From Octopus vulgaris (Eukaryota): a stretch of 64,000 nt of DNA. Shown here in pieces: positions 1-13,237 of the stretch. The stretch spans positions 28,830,001 through 28,894,000 of the forward strand of contig OX597828.1 in the NCBI GenBank assembly GCA_951406725.2, in the 5' to 3' direction. Each line of letters begins with the position of its first letter. Positions within the stretch are counted from its first letter, which is position 1. The translations under genes were made by a program, and so were the position numbers. The notes below the pieces were generated by a model that was given only the letters and a program-made list of their open reading frames with translations, made no database searches and was not told the DNA's origin.

Positions 1-498
1 GAAACTGAAAGAAAGATGAAGGCAACAAACCAACAAAGGAACCACCTTTCTCAAATCACAACATACTGAATTGTAGGCGGATAGATTGAATAATGTGGTT
101 CTCGGTTCCCAGTACATTGGGAAAATACAAAAGTGTAAGAGGTCAAATGCTCTTGTTCACTGGTCTGCTCGATGGTTTGTCTGATCATAGTCTAAACAAC
201 AACAACAAATCATCACCGGTCATTCAACGATCAGCTACAGATGTCCAGATATGCCTATAACTGCCTATACAGAGACGTTTCGGTCTATCTGTCTGTATGT
301 GTGTATGTGATGACAGTTTACAATAAAATAGATGATAGATGATCTCAACGTGTATTATCCAATAAAAACCACATAACAATAACAAAACGAATAAAAACAG
401 ACCTTCGTTAATAATAGATATTCCAGTATTAGTTTTGATAATGTTATCAAATATCTTACTGTCTTATCTCTCTCTCTCTCTCTCACACACACACACGC

Positions 499-541
<43 letters not shown>

Positions 542-989
542 ATACACACACAACAATATCTGTAAATGTCTGTCTTTCTCTGTATAAACACACACACATA
601 TACATACACACATACTATATTGTATTATATAGAGTGAAATAGAATAAAGACAAAACTACAAAAATAAAGCATAAATTAAAAAAGAATTTCACAGCATATA
701 TAAAGTATTATTATCTTTAGTAATAATGACATAAAATATTTCGTTTATTACCGAAAATCAAATGATTTCAGAATGCAAAAGTCGATGAAATTGTCTACTC
801 CTGGAAGCATCAAACATCGCGTTATGATTTACATGGTATATAAACACAAATTAGTTGAAATTATTATTATTATCATTATTATTATTATTGTCATTGCTAT
901 TCCTGTTGTTGTTGTTGTAATCATTTGTTATACATGCTGTTGTGACGATTCATAGCTTCTTTTCATGATTATTTTGCTGCTATCAAATT

Positions 990-1025
<36 letters not shown>

Positions 1026-1478
1026 TTAATAGGTTCTCATCAAATGTATATATTAGTATAAGCGTTCGCAGGTCACAGCCTAGCATAGAATTTTAGACGC
1101 AGTGAATGAGGAACGCATCTTCTGAGTGTTGAAATGATTCGCTAGAAATAACAACCGAATTTTGACCAAGTTAAAATGGCAAATGTTTGCAAAAAAAATT
1201 GGTGGATTAATTATGGATGTGATGTCATTATTTTTTAATTCTGTTTCGTAAAAATTTATGTCGTTTGTAGCAATTATTCCATGTAATAATCACTGACTGT
1301 CTGCTTTTGTGATGACGGGAGACCAAGAAGGGCCTTTGTGCAATTCGGTGGGTTTTATTACCAGAAGACATGTTAGTCTGTAAATATTGTCTTTTCCTTA
1401 TAGATGCATATATTTGACACTGACATCTACTAGCAATCCCTACATACATATATACATTATACAAAATACATATGCATA

Positions 1479-1610
1479 GGCGCAAGAGTGGCTGTGTGGT
1501 AAGTAGCTTGCTTACTAACCATATGGTTCCGGGTTCAGCCCCACCTTGGGCAGACCAAAGCCTTGTGAGTGGATTTGGTAGACGGAAACCGAAAGAAGCT
1601 CGTCCTGTAT
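1479..1610 (+). mobile_element. SINE family A (tRNA-derived), internally deleted 5' fragment
   Basis: Head GGCGCAAGAGTGGCTGTGTGGTAAGTAGCTTGC...GGTTCCGGGTTCAG matches the full copies at 18531 and 60996; runs into a TA microsatellite. Confidence 0.85.
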
Positions 1611-2279
1611 ATATATATATATATACATATAGGAAAGTAAAAGCAGGGAAAATTACATCGAAAGTTCACAGTGGAGATATGTCCATAATATAAATAATAT
1701 TGTATTAATAAATGACTATATAAAGTATAACTATGATTATTTTAAAAGATTTGGGAGATCTTATGATCGTTTCATCAATATAAGTTAACTATTATTAGAA
1801 AGTACATCCATTCGTCAGAGGTAAGGATGAATTTCAGTGTAGTAGATCGAATGAAAGGGATGCTATTTCAAATCGTATGATAAAGGTGTTGTTTAAAAAG
1901 CTATTGGTATAGATGTGTGTTGGTATAAACTTGGGTTAACATATTTTAAGTTCATTCCAATATTATGGACGTATCTCTGTGATTTTTATGATGTAATTTT
2001 TCCAGCTTTTACTATCTATGCATCTAGGCTTGGGGGAAGAAACAACGGAATTCAATTAGTGCCGTGCACGAAACTCTTCACCCTTGTTAAACTTTTGGAA
2101 CTTACACAAATTATATATCATATATACGAGTGTCTATATGTGTGTTTATACATACGCACACATATGCGTGTACATGTGTGTACACACATCAGTCAATTAG
2201 TTAACATTTAACCAATTAACTAATCGAGTGTTTGATTAATCGTTCGATCAATCAGTCAATCCAATCGGTTATGTAGGTT

Positions 2280-4396
2280 CATCAAAGTCCTTCCGCTGCC
2301 ATTCGCAACCTCATCAATGACGTAGCTTCACGGTAAATATTAGAAAAAAAAAACTCTTTTGAAAGCGTATCTCCATTCTTTAAGTAATTCTGTTTGATTT
2401 TGGATGGCTTGGAGGTGCTGTTTTATCGAGTTTTATACCTGTGCATATGAAACCATGGATCGTCAAACTAACAGACAATGTCACACATCTAATGTTTCTA
2501 GATGACAATTTCGGGCAAAGACAATTCTTACCAACAGCCTAATTGTTTTTGTTTCTATATTCTTCACTTTTATTTCTGATCATTCAAAGTATTAATCAAC
2601 AAATATTAAGAATAATCCAACATGCCAAAGAATAAACTCAATGTATCCTTTACACGTCGTAAATGGTGACTAAAAGAGGTTGAGGTAGGACTTGCACTCC
2701 GTTTTCGCAAAATCCTCACCAGCAATGACGACCCAAAAAGATCCATTGGTTGGGGGATTGTCACCCGAGTGGCGCAAAGGTGTCATCCGATACGAGTAGG
2801 GAATCACCAACAAATGGCGATTGTAGTGACGCGTTGTTACAGTGTATGTTCCCAGATCTGACCTGACCATAATTCTTGACATAACCGTGAACTACATACA
2901 CACGTACCTCTGCTATACTTTCTTTAGACTGTGTGTGTACCATGTGAGACAATTCCAGCCTTATTACAGCACATGTAGGATGTCTTACATGTCGTTAACC
3001 CAGTTTCACTGTTGACTATCCTGTCGTAATTCCAACCATTTGTTTGTTGCCGTTATGTTGGTTGGTGGAAGAATTAATTCTCCGTTATACAAAATACCAT
3101 TTTTAAAACTTATTTTTAAATGACTTAAACGATTTTTCAAATACAGAACTTTATTAGGAATTCTATCAGATATTAAAAGTATCAAGATAAAACCGTATCG
3201 TTGGCAGTTTCTAATTTTATATTTTCACCTTTTATCTGATTAATTTCTACACGATAAACGAAAGAAAGCTAGAAAGCTATCGTTATTATGAGCGCCCAAA
3301 CTAACATTATCGATGATTTCCAGTCGTAATAATAGATCTCTATGAGGTATTTGGAATACGTTTACATAAGATGTTTTGTAATAAAACGCTGTCGTCTCTA
3401 AGACCTGTCACAGTAAGTGCAGATGTTATTTTCGGTAAGCTACAATTGTCGTTAAAAAATAAATTTGATTAAAATTTTTGGTCAATTCCAAACTCAAGGA
3501 ATACTTCATACAATCACCAAGGTTTCTCTCTCAATATTCAAGTATGTAGGTTCTGCCATGGTTAATGCTCTTAAATATAATTCAAGAATGCTGTTCCTTG
3601 AGAGTATTCCTTACATAGTAACTGATCCAAGTGGGAAGGCTAAGTTAATTTCTTTCATAGTACCATAGATTGGTTCACCTAGCACAGGTACTACCACCAA
3701 CTTTATAGACGTAAATGTCTTTTGTTGGACAATTCGCGAAAATGGGACACCACTTTTACGAAATGACGAAAGTGGCAATATGTGGTTTGAAAAACGATCA
3801 ATAAATCGTTCCTAAGAATTATTTTGTCATCTTTTACTACTTGTTTTTGTCATTGGACTGTGCCCATGCTGGGGCACCACCTTGGACTGTTTTATTGAAA
3901 AGAAAATCGACTCCAAAACTTATATTTTAAGTCTGAACCACCACGTTACGGAAATGTAAACAAATTAACCCCAGCCGATTGTGACGCTGCTGGGAAACCA
4001 CCCACGCACACAGTTTCCGTTTATGAAATCCACTCACAAGCCATTGATTGGCCCTGTGCTATAGTAGAAGACAATGTGTCACACAGTGGGACTGAACCCG
4101 AAAGTATGTGGTTGCAAAGCGAGCTTCTTAACCACACAACTATAACTGCATCACCAATATACGTAAACATCCGACATTTTTACCACCGATATTTTCTGTG
4201 ATAAACAAAATTTCCAAAAATGCCATTTGCTACATGTTCGGTCGCTCCCTGAAACATTGCACTGGTTGACGAATTCCATGTGGGAAACATGTAAAAAGAC
4301 TTGTTGATGTATTTATTGTTTTTCTTGCATCATCAGAATATATTTCTATCTGATGATATGTGCCCTCTTCAAATCTAATTTAACAAAATGACTCGT

Positions 4397-4450
<54 letters not shown>

Positions 4451-5870
4451 GGGGGGGATATTGATTCGGTATTCAGAGTTGAAGAATATGATTCTTATTG
4501 AACTTTAAATTCTTACTTTATAGTCTCCACATATTCTGGAATCTTCATCTGATTTTCGCACAACCATTAAAGAAGCAACTCATTTATTCCTTCCGGGTGG
4601 AACTTCTAAAAGACCTTCATTAATTAGTTTCTTCAGCCTCTGACTAATTGTTTAATGTGCATTAGTAATGATTTCGCCTCAAAACAACATGGCCAGATAT
4701 TTCCTTTGAGAAGAATGTTAGCCTTGAAACCTCCTAATCTTCTAAATTGTCATAAAGCTTTAATCTCAAGAATTAATGTTGAACTCTCAACATTCATCAC
4801 GTCCATACCAAACAAACCCTTAATGTTTTTGTTTTGTTTTTGTTTTGTTTTTTTGCTTTTATAGTCAGCAGCAACAACACTCAGAACCTTTTTTTTCTTT
4901 TTATCAGTTTCCATTAATTCTTCAAACTTGCTCGAAATTTCAACGAGTGATCCATCAAATTATTTTTAGCTTGAAATTACATTTTCAGAATCTTGGTTTA
5001 TTCAAATCCATCCCGAAGTACCGAAGCATTAGAGTTACCAGTGTCAGCTTATGTTTTAACTAACATTTTTGCCTTTCACATCGCTCATTGTAGTATTTTT
5101 ATGCCAATTTCATAAATAATTGCAAATTCTTCCCTTTTCAATCTCTTGAACCTTTTTGTAGATTTACATTCTATTCAAGACTTGGCTTCATGCTCTTGCT
5201 TGATGGAGCTGGGAGTAAATGGTCACAAGGGCGTTATCATGCGTAGAGCCAACCAGGTCCACCAGCGCTCTCCACTGCTGACGGTCGCGTGTCAGCCCCT
5301 CTATATCCCACAGAAAAGAAAGTCTTTATTTTTCCACATTTAAGATAAGTTTTACAAAATCCAGAACATTTCAATGATGCATGCATATATCCATAAAATC
5401 CATATTTAGAATCACATTTACATTTGTTCCTATCAAAATGGGACACAGTGATCCGAAGAATCCAATTGGTTTTTTTAATATTTTTGGTTGAGTCAACTGA
5501 AATCTAAAAATCATTTAAAGGTGTTGAATGAATTCTATGAATGCATTCAACGTGGCACATCCGATTAAAGCTAATCTAATGCTTTCAAACAACGCTATAC
5601 CATCTTCCAGTCAATTTTAAAAACATAATCGGCACTCTTTCTCAATTCTATAAACTTCATAAAAACTCGCCGACTCACAGAATGTTTGGGAATGACGGAT
5701 TAAATTCTGTCAGATTTTAATGCGGTGTTAAGACTATGAGCCTTTCAGGAGTAATCCATTTCTGCGAAAAGGATGAACTGATGGTAGTTTCATGGCTCTT
5801 AGCCACTTGAAATGCGTCATTTCAAATTCCAAAGGTTTCACCACAATCGAAACTTTTCGTACGGCCATCT
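2280..5870 (-). mobile_element. Highly decayed Ty3/Gypsy LTR retrotransposon internal region (gag-PR-RT-RNaseH-IN)
   Basis: Manual minus-strand translation gives, in Gypsy order: gag knuckle remnant ..YGYMHASLKCSGFCKTYLKCGKIKTFFSV (~5320-5430); protease ADTGNS (DTG at 5037-5045); RT ..KLINEGLLEV..SLMVVRKSDEDSRICGDYKV (~4510-4640), GTSHFVKLDLKRA (~4360-4400), TINTSTSLFT..PHGI..AMFQ (~4240-4320); RNase H RALTMAEPTYLNIERETLVIV (~3510-3570); integrase GLFLIFVD*YFE*SE..TIRLLVRIVFAR and TGIKLDKTAPPSHPKSN (~2390-2620). Many stops and frameshifts; LTRs not identified; outer limits approximate. Confidence 0.8.
3833..4145 (-). mobile_element. SINE family A, degraded copy inserted into the Gypsy relic
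   Basis: TTTTACTACTTGTTTTTGTCATTGGACTGTGCCCATGCTGGGGCACCACC ... GGGACTGAACCCGAAAG..GTGGTTGCAAAGCGAGCTTCTTAACCACAC is the reverse of family A. Confidence 0.75.
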
Positions 5871-5884
5871 CACCTGTTGTAGAT

Positions 5885-5931
<47 letters not shown>

Positions 5932-5935
<4 letters not shown>

Positions 5936-6280
5936 CTTAACTAAGTTGTACTGTCTATTAGTCGTAAGACACCCGCTGTTTTTGTCCTGTTTTTACCATT
6001 ATTGTTTTTTGTATTTTATATTCGTGCGGCATCGTCCGTTTTTCTGTCCCTGTTTCGTATACATTCGATCCTTTTTCCAAGAAATCTAATGCTCGTAGCT
6101 TAGTTTTTCCTTGGGGCTGGCCGGATCGGAGCGATCTCAAGATTAATCAGCCGAAATTGCTAGGATGATCCGGTTCTTGACTGAAGATTGAAGGCTTCGA
6201 ATGTCCCGTCCGTGTTTTTTGTATCGTCTTCTAAATGTTTTACGGTCTTGTCCCAGTTATGTATTTTTCTACATATAATA
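5932..6280 (+). repeat. TA-microsatellite-flanked dispersed repeat (possible Penelope-like terminal repeat)
   Basis: Bounded by TA runs; its end GTCTTGTCCCAGTTATGTA resembles the termini at ~31435-31455 and ~54606-54630. Confidence 0.35.
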
Positions 6281-6977
6281 TATATATGTAAATCAGTGTA
6301 TCGCAATCTTTCGTAATACACCGTTATTTACAGATTTCTCGATGCTTCTGCATTTATATTCTAAATGTTAATCTATTGGTTTTTATTGTCCTGAAGATCT
6401 TTGGCTTTCGTTGCTGCAACAATTCCTTACGGTCAAGATTTTGTCATATTCAGATCATTGATTGGATGTTCAGTCTTATTAACCAGTGATCCCAATGCTG
6501 CATCGTACTGTGTTCCTCCCAATACGATCATAGTCACACGTGTTCCATTCTCTAGTGGAGAATAGCCAAACTGGTTCAGCGAACAAATAGCCACCTTCAT
6601 TTGTCTCGATTATGTTCAAACACGCAAATGCAAGAAATAATATAGTTGTCTAATTTAAGTTGAGGAATTTTAAGAGGAGAGGATTAGTCGATGACATCGA
6701 CCTTAGTACGCGACTGGTACTTTATTTTATCGATCCCTAAAGAATATTCGGTAACGCTGAGCTCAGCGGGATTTGAATTCAGAACGTAAAAAAGTCAAAA
6801 GAAATATTGCACGATACTTTGCATGGCACTCTAACAATTCTGCCAATCTGCGTGGAATAACAGCTTAACAATGACTTCGCAAATCAGATAAAATAAAATG
6901 GGGAATAGTGAAAGGAAAGGTTTTGAGTAAAGATCAATGATCTTGAAGTAGGAGATAAAAGCTGAAGTAGGAGATAA

Positions 6978-7390
6978 GGCGGCGAGCTGGCAGAAACGTT
7001 AGCACGCTGGGCGAAATGCTTAGCAGTATTTCGTCTGCCGCTACATTCTGAGTTCAAATTCCGCCGAGATCGACTTTGCCTTTCATCCTTTCGGGGTCGA
7101 TTAAATAAGTACCAGTTACGCACTGGGGTCGATATAATCGACTTAATCCGTTTGTCTGTCCTTTGTCTTCTCTGTGTTTAGCCCCTTGTGGGTAGTAAAG
7201 AAATAGGTATTGCGTCTGTCGTTGCGTTCTGAGTTCAAATTCCGCCGAGGTCGACTTTGCCCTTCATCCTTTCGGGGTCGATAAATTAAGTACCAGTTAC
7301 GCACTGGGGTCGATGTAATCGACTTAATTCATTTGTCTGTCCTTGTTTGTCCCCTCTATGTTTAGCCCCTTGTGGGCAATAAAGAAACAG
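6978..7390 (+). mobile_element. SINE family B (tRNA-derived), full copy plus head-truncated tandem copy
   Basis: GGCGGCGAGCTGGCAGAAACGTTAGC head, B-box GAGTTCAAATTCC, central GACTTTGCCTTTCATCCTTTCGGGGTCGATTAAATAAGTACCAG, tail ...TAAAGAAATAG; second unit ~7208-7390. Confidence 0.9.
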
Positions 7391-7631
7391 ATAAAAGCTG
7401 ACAGACTGGCATCCCGTTGAGGGGTGGGGAACCTTGCGAGCTCGGTCATTTATGCGCCATAGAAACGGGGTAACCCCGACATTCTGAGTTCCAAAACATA
7501 CGATAGAAATAATAACACAACACAGAGCTTTTTGGCAGAACTCTTTCAATTGGTGGTTTTCTCCCATAAAAGTAATCGTGTCCATCCCTGCATCGTAGGG
7601 TTACTTTCCAGGCGCAGGACAATAGACTCAC

Positions 7632-7926
7632 GAGAAACACGGAGACACAAAGGGGAGGGCTATGATTATTGAAGAATTCCAACGCGGCGCGGAATGGCTT
7701 GTGAAGCAAAGAGAATTGGTGTATGCGTTCCATCAGCGAAGCTCCAAAGAAATTCCGGAGGTCGGAGGAAGTAGGAGCTTCAGATAGAGACGATAGGCCC
7801 GCGGTTACCGATTGCTCTGATGAAAGTCGGGAGTTGATTACTGAAGGGCGAGAAGGGTTAATGCTGAAATTTCCTACATGAAATTTCCTACGACCCCAGG
7901 AAGACTTATGATGCATCCCAGTGTAT
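7632..7926 (-). CDS. Candidate internal coding exon, unknown protein
   Basis: Unique, CpG-containing 295-nt segment between an acceptor (minus strand catttctctcAG, AG at 7928-7927) and a consensus donor (CTC|GTGAGT, GT at 7631-7630). Open in one frame: YTGMHHKSSWGRRKFHVGNFSINPSRPSVINSRLSSEQSVTAGLSSLSEAPTSSDLRNFFGASLMERIHQFSLLHKPFRAALEFFNNHSPPLCVSVFL. No homology recognised. Confidence 0.4.
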
Positions 7927-8015
7927 CTGAGAGAAATGTCTTGTAACCACACACACAAACGCTCATCTATATGCATATGGGTGTATAGGTCTACATACAC
8001 AAGCATACACACAGA

Positions 8016-8410
8016 CAGGAGTGGCTGTGTGGTAAGTAGCTTGCTAACCAACCACATGGTTCCGGGTTCAGTCCCACTGCGTGGCATCTTGGGCAAGTGT
8101 CTTATGCCATAGCCCCGGGCCGACCAATGCATTGTGAGTGGATTTGGTAGACGGAAACTGAAAGAAGCCTGTCGTATATATGTATACATGTATATATGTA
8201 TGTGTGTGTATGTGTTTGTGTGTCTGTGTTTGTCCCCCTAGCATTGCTTGACAACCGATGCTGGTGTGCTTACGTCCCCGTCACTTAGCGGTTCGGCAAA
8301 CGAGACCTATAGAATAAGTACTGGGCTTACAAAGAATAAGTCGATTTGCTCGACTAAAGGCGGTGCTCCAGCATGGCCGCAGTCAAATAACTGAAACAAG
8401 TAAAAGAGTA
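8016..8410 (+). mobile_element. SINE family A, near full length
   Basis: tRNA-like head, ATCTTGGGCAAGTGTCTT CORE-like motif, internal TA/TG microsatellite, tail GCAGTCAAATAACTGAAACAAGTAAAAGAG. Confidence 0.9.
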
Positions 8411-8627
8411 TATATATATAATGTGATAGTGTACGTCGTCGTGTTTGTGTGTATGCCAGTGGAGCTTCATAGACAAACCAAGCGATTAATAAAAGCATGG
8501 TACAGTTTCAAGGACATCTTCGTTTCCGAGTGATGCACGCAAAACACACGCGTGCGTACACGCAAACTGTAGCGTTGAAGTATTATACATTAAAATATTC
8601 ATCTAAAACTATATATGTGTATGTGTG

Positions 8628-8666
<39 letters not shown>

Positions 8667-9361
8667 GTGCACACAGATAAGTTGTTCCATACATTTATAT
8701 ATGCCTGAAACACACACACGTGTGTGTGTGTGTGAGTGTATATTTATATATATATATATATATATAGTGTACGTACATAGTTTTATATATGTATACATAA
8801 ATACATACATACATACATCCAGAAATACAAACATCGATATATAGATGTACATCATATGTGCATTTAACATACATACATACAAAGCACTGCAGAAATGCGT
8901 TCAAACACACACACATACACACACACATACAGGTCATGATTTAATCAGGTTCGATTTCGACCGGTCGGCCTGAAATGGTTTCCGTTTATTCTACGGTGGC
9001 TCCACCTAACGTGTGAAACTTCTCTCTGGTAATATCACTTCCCACACCACAAACTGTTGGATTTTACCCAAAACCCAATTAAACACTTAACTAGATTTTT
9101 GCTGTTTAAACACGACTAAGATTAAGTGACAGAAAATTGTGGAAACAGATCGTCTAAGCTGCAATTCTAGAATGAAGCCAATTCCAAGATGAAGAACGGT
9201 TGCCTGTATCTAACTTATTATCTCTTGTGGAAATGAAATACTGCACACACAGTTGATTAAGGAATGGTTTGAATATCCACAATGTGTGGAGTGAAAGATG
9301 AACTGATTCTGGGAATGAAAACTTGTTTGCGATTGCAATTGTAGTAATTGTACTGTTGTGG

Positions 9362-9393
<32 letters not shown>

Positions 9394-9546
9394 GATGGTA
9401 GTAGTAGTGGTGGTCGGACTGGTGGAGTTGGGGTTGGGATCATGGTTGGAATGGTATTGTCAGTCGAGGAAGACGATGCTATGACAGTAGTTGTGCAGTA
9501 GATATTACATGTGTGTGTGTGCGTGTATATATATATATATATATCA

Positions 9547-9567
9547 TACGCGTGTATACACACACGC

Positions 9568-9615
<48 letters not shown>

Positions 9616-9634
9616 CGCGTGTATACACACACGC

Positions 9635-9670
<36 letters not shown>

Positions 9671-9731
9671 CACGAGTATACACACACGCATGTATATATA
9701 TATATATATATACGCGTGTATACACACACGC

Positions 9732-9767
<36 letters not shown>
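9547..9767. repeat. Compound minisatellite: TACGCGTGTATACACACACGCATG + (TA)n, 4 units
   Basis: Units start near 9547, 9614, 9670 (variant) and 9711, separated by TA runs of variable length. Confidence 0.9.
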
Positions 9768-9768
<1 letters not shown>

Positions 9769-10022
9769 TACATATTGTATGCGTGTGTGTGTATATATAT
9801 TTAGACACACATAGGCCGTATACGAGTGTACATATATATGCATACACATATCGCATATGTATGTATATATCACATATAAACATATATAAATATATATATA
9901 CCATATATATATATATTCATGCATCCTGTTATATATATGCATATATAAACATATACACACCGTGTTATATATACATACACACACACACCAGGTTTTATAC
10001 AACACACACACACACACCATGT

Positions 10023-10086
<64 letters not shown>

Positions 10087-10343
10087 GCTCGTCGAAATGA
10101 AGAGATTTATGTGAGAATGGAATGGATTATGCTAGTGTGATATGTGTGAAAGACCAAGATAAGAGACACTGTCATTGGTCTATAAATAGGGAGACAGGTA
10201 AAGCGAAGGGAGGGGAGATAATTGTTATGCGTGAGTTTAAGATCAGTTAAGTAAACTTTCTGTCTGTTACCCAATTACTCTCTCACTCATATTCTATATA
10301 TGTACTCATTTTAAGGTAGGTACACAAATCTATCTTAATTAAA

Positions 10344-10585
10344 AGGGTAAAGACCCCCTTCGGTCATGAATGACCATGGGATTGCACCTAGAAAGTTACC
10401 CTCCTAGACACAAGTCCGGGCAAGGTTGTTTATGGAAGACCAGCAGTCGCCCATGCATACCAGCCTCCCCTCTCCACACCACCAGTGTTATCCAAGGGAA
10501 AGACAAAGGTCGATACAGCTTGGCACCAGTGACGTCGCAACTCATTTCTACAGCTGAGTGAACTGGAGCAACGTGAAATAAAGTG
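10344..10585 (-). mobile_element. SINE family C variant (5'-truncated) with a distinct tail
   Basis: Shares CAGCTGAGTGAACTGGAGCAACGTGAAATAAAGTG with 36678-36711; the tail end GGGTAAAGACCCCCTTCGGTCATGAAT recurs inverted at ~33556-33588. Confidence 0.7.
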
Positions 10586-11033
10586 AGCAGTGATAAAGTG
10601 AAATTAACAAACTTTGATCAGGCATCGACTTATAAATATATGCTACCAGAACAGACTTACAAATATATGAAACACGCGGCTCTGTCCAACTTGTTGCTTC
10701 ACGAGGATCGATTTCAGAGGTCGGGCCGGGAAATAAGCCTAAACTAAGCAAACCTGGAGGCGAGTTGTCTCACCTCTCTATGACTCTCGGGTGTTTTAAC
10801 ACTCAATTTCTAGTCAAGTGTATTAGTCGTAGAGTATGTATGAATTAAAACAATGATTGGAGTTTATCGTATTATTTTCAATTCTGTAGTTACAGTTGTT
10901 TCAATACAACATGGGAAGCACATTTTATGAGCACGAATACTAATAATAATATGAATATAATTCATAATACTATAAAATATATATATTATTTAGTACCCAG
11001 GTTGCGTTTCATCAGGCTCAGTATCAAAAATAA

Positions 11034-11217
11034 TACATTATTTACATTTGATGGATATTTGTCCTCATCTTGCTTTTTGCTAACACAACGTTTCGGCTGA
11101 TATACCCTCCAGCCTTCATCAGGTGTCTTGGGGGAAATTTCGAAACAAGATGAGGACAAATATCCGTCAAATGTAAATAATGTACATAATTCTTCATCTC
11201 TTAAATATAGAACTGTA
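11034..11217. mobile_element. Rearranged (fold-back) copy of the hammerhead-containing retroelement
   Basis: 39-bp inverted repeat 11034-11072 / 11146-11184 (1 mismatch) enclosing a minus-strand hammerhead; sequence nearly identical to 37809-37908. Confidence 0.8.
11082..11127 (-). ncRNA. Minimal type I hammerhead ribozyme motif
   Basis: Minus strand GACAC-CUGAUGA-A-GGCUG(gaggguauau)CAGCC-GAAA-CGU-U-GUGUU: intact core, 5-bp stem II, palindromic ACGU stem III, stem I GACAC/GUGUU. Confidence 0.65.
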
Positions 11218-11625
11218 AAAATGATACTTTTGAGAGACTTAGCCGAACGAAGCGTGCATGGGCACTAAATAATGTGTGTGTGTGTGTATGTATAAAATCA
11301 AGATATCTTTGGCCTGAAGAGGAGCCTGCGGTATACACCTCGCTTGAATATTTACCACTTCCGAGGTTCCGCTCGCTATGAGGCGTATGTAGCTCAGATC
11401 TTATCTACTCCGTTCTTTAACTCTTGTATTCTTTTACGTATACCCGGCTACCCTGGCTGCTTACCGTGAAATATAGAAAGAACTTCTTGCAATTTATGGT
11501 ACTCCAATAAAAAAAAAAATCCACAACTTTCCGTCTCAATAAACCACTATTATCCCCGGAAGCTGTTTTATTTATTTACTACCGTTTGATTGAAATGAAC
11601 TTTCTTCTTACACCTCGATTCTTGG

Positions 11626-11660
<35 letters not shown>

Positions 11661-13150
11661 CACACACGCGTGTCGCTCACAGAAATTTTTAAAGAAAAGG
11701 ACACAATGATAAGCATTTCTTCAAACATTCATTTCAGATTTAAAAAATAATTCAGTGAATATTTGGAGGGAACAACAGATTAAGTTTAGGTGCTGACAAT
11801 CGGAAACCGGAACTTTTCAGTTATAATGTATTAAAGTATTTGTATTGAGTATTGAGCCGTCCAAGATATCGCTTCTGGTGAATCAACAGATTTATGTGTG
11901 TGTGTGTACAAATAGATAGATATATAAATAGATAATGAATTTACTTTAGATATTAGTAACAAACAACTACAACAGATGTCTTTCATTTATCTGTTGACAG
12001 TAGTTGCCTTCACCCGTTTTACGTCCCAGTAAGAATTTCCTCAGGGAAAATATACTTTGATTTATCTACCCACAGAGAGATATACAGATAATGACTATTT
12101 ATAGCTATTGAATCAATTGGCCACGTTAACTCGGTAAATCCGATTTGCATGAATGATGCTTTGCTAGCAACTTATACAATTTATCATAAATGTTCTGAAG
12201 AAATTTGAATAGCTTGAAATGCATCACAAGACATGGCTTTTGTTCTAGCAGTGGCTTTAACTTCTTGTTTTATATGTGAACACACTTCCAAAGATGTAAT
12301 TTCAATAGCTGTTTATTAATTTGTCAATGGACACTATATATCAGAAAGAGAGATGGGGAAGACGAATGGATTAATAGAGACAAGAGACATAAATGGATTG
12401 AGTGAGAGAGAGAGAGAGAAGGGGAAAGAGATAGATAGATAAATATACAGGATATATATAATTATATTTAGTATGTTTAGACAGCTAATAATACAAGCCC
12501 AAAGTGACGCAACGACGCACAGACATACGCACGCATACGCATACTTAAACATGATGTTAATAAAACGCTGAAAAGCAGACACAAAAAAAGACAATGAATC
12601 ACCAAATAAAAACGAAAAAGCAATAAACAAGCAAAGCCGATGGCCTGACTATCTCAGCACGTGATATGCTAGTTCCGACGAAGAGTAATCACCTTAGTAA
12701 CATAAATGACCAGCGGTCAGTTTATGATTAAAAGATGTATAAAAAAAGAATTGAGAATAAAATGGTGCAAACTTTAAACGACCAATCATTTAGATAATTT
12801 TTACTGTGGCCATGCTACAGCATCGTGTTAATGGGTTTAGTCGAATAAATTGTTCCTAGTACTTATTTGTTGTCCTTAAAGTTTAGTTCTTATCCCATCG
12901 GTCACTTTTGCCGAACTGCTACGTTATGGGACGTAAACAAACCAACACGGATGAAGCAACAGAAATCGCTGAAACTGACGTCAGTATTAAGAATTCTAGA
13001 TCGGCATTTTTCGGACGATTAAGGTCTATGTTAGTGTATAAGTTTACATTTATGTGCGTTTACTACAGCATTAGAGCATTTTAGCTCTTATTTCTAGCGG
13101 TGTATGTGATTCCTAACACCCTACTGACATTTAGTGACAATTTCATATAC

Positions 13151-13193
<43 letters not shown>

Positions 13194-13201
13194 TCTCTCT
13201 C

Positions 13202-13237
<36 letters not shown>

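Noticed and set aside
7446-8189. 247-aa ORF as a single-exon gene
   Set aside because: Its N-terminus is antisense SINE A sequence that recurs in ORFs at 18424, 19961, 60601 and 61035; only 7632-7926 is retained as an exon candidate.
9547-9767. Repeat-spacer pattern resembling a CRISPR array
   Set aside because: Spacers are pure (TA)n, the context is eukaryotic and there are no cas genes; it is a compound minisatellite.
10995-11020. Extra hammerhead (minus CTGATGAAAC), and CTGACGA..GAAAC at 54370-54391
   Set aside because: Stem II is missing in the first, and no consistent stems I and II form in the second.
11980-12330. Possible LINE RT relic on the minus strand
   Set aside because: Only vague motif similarity; not supportable by eye.
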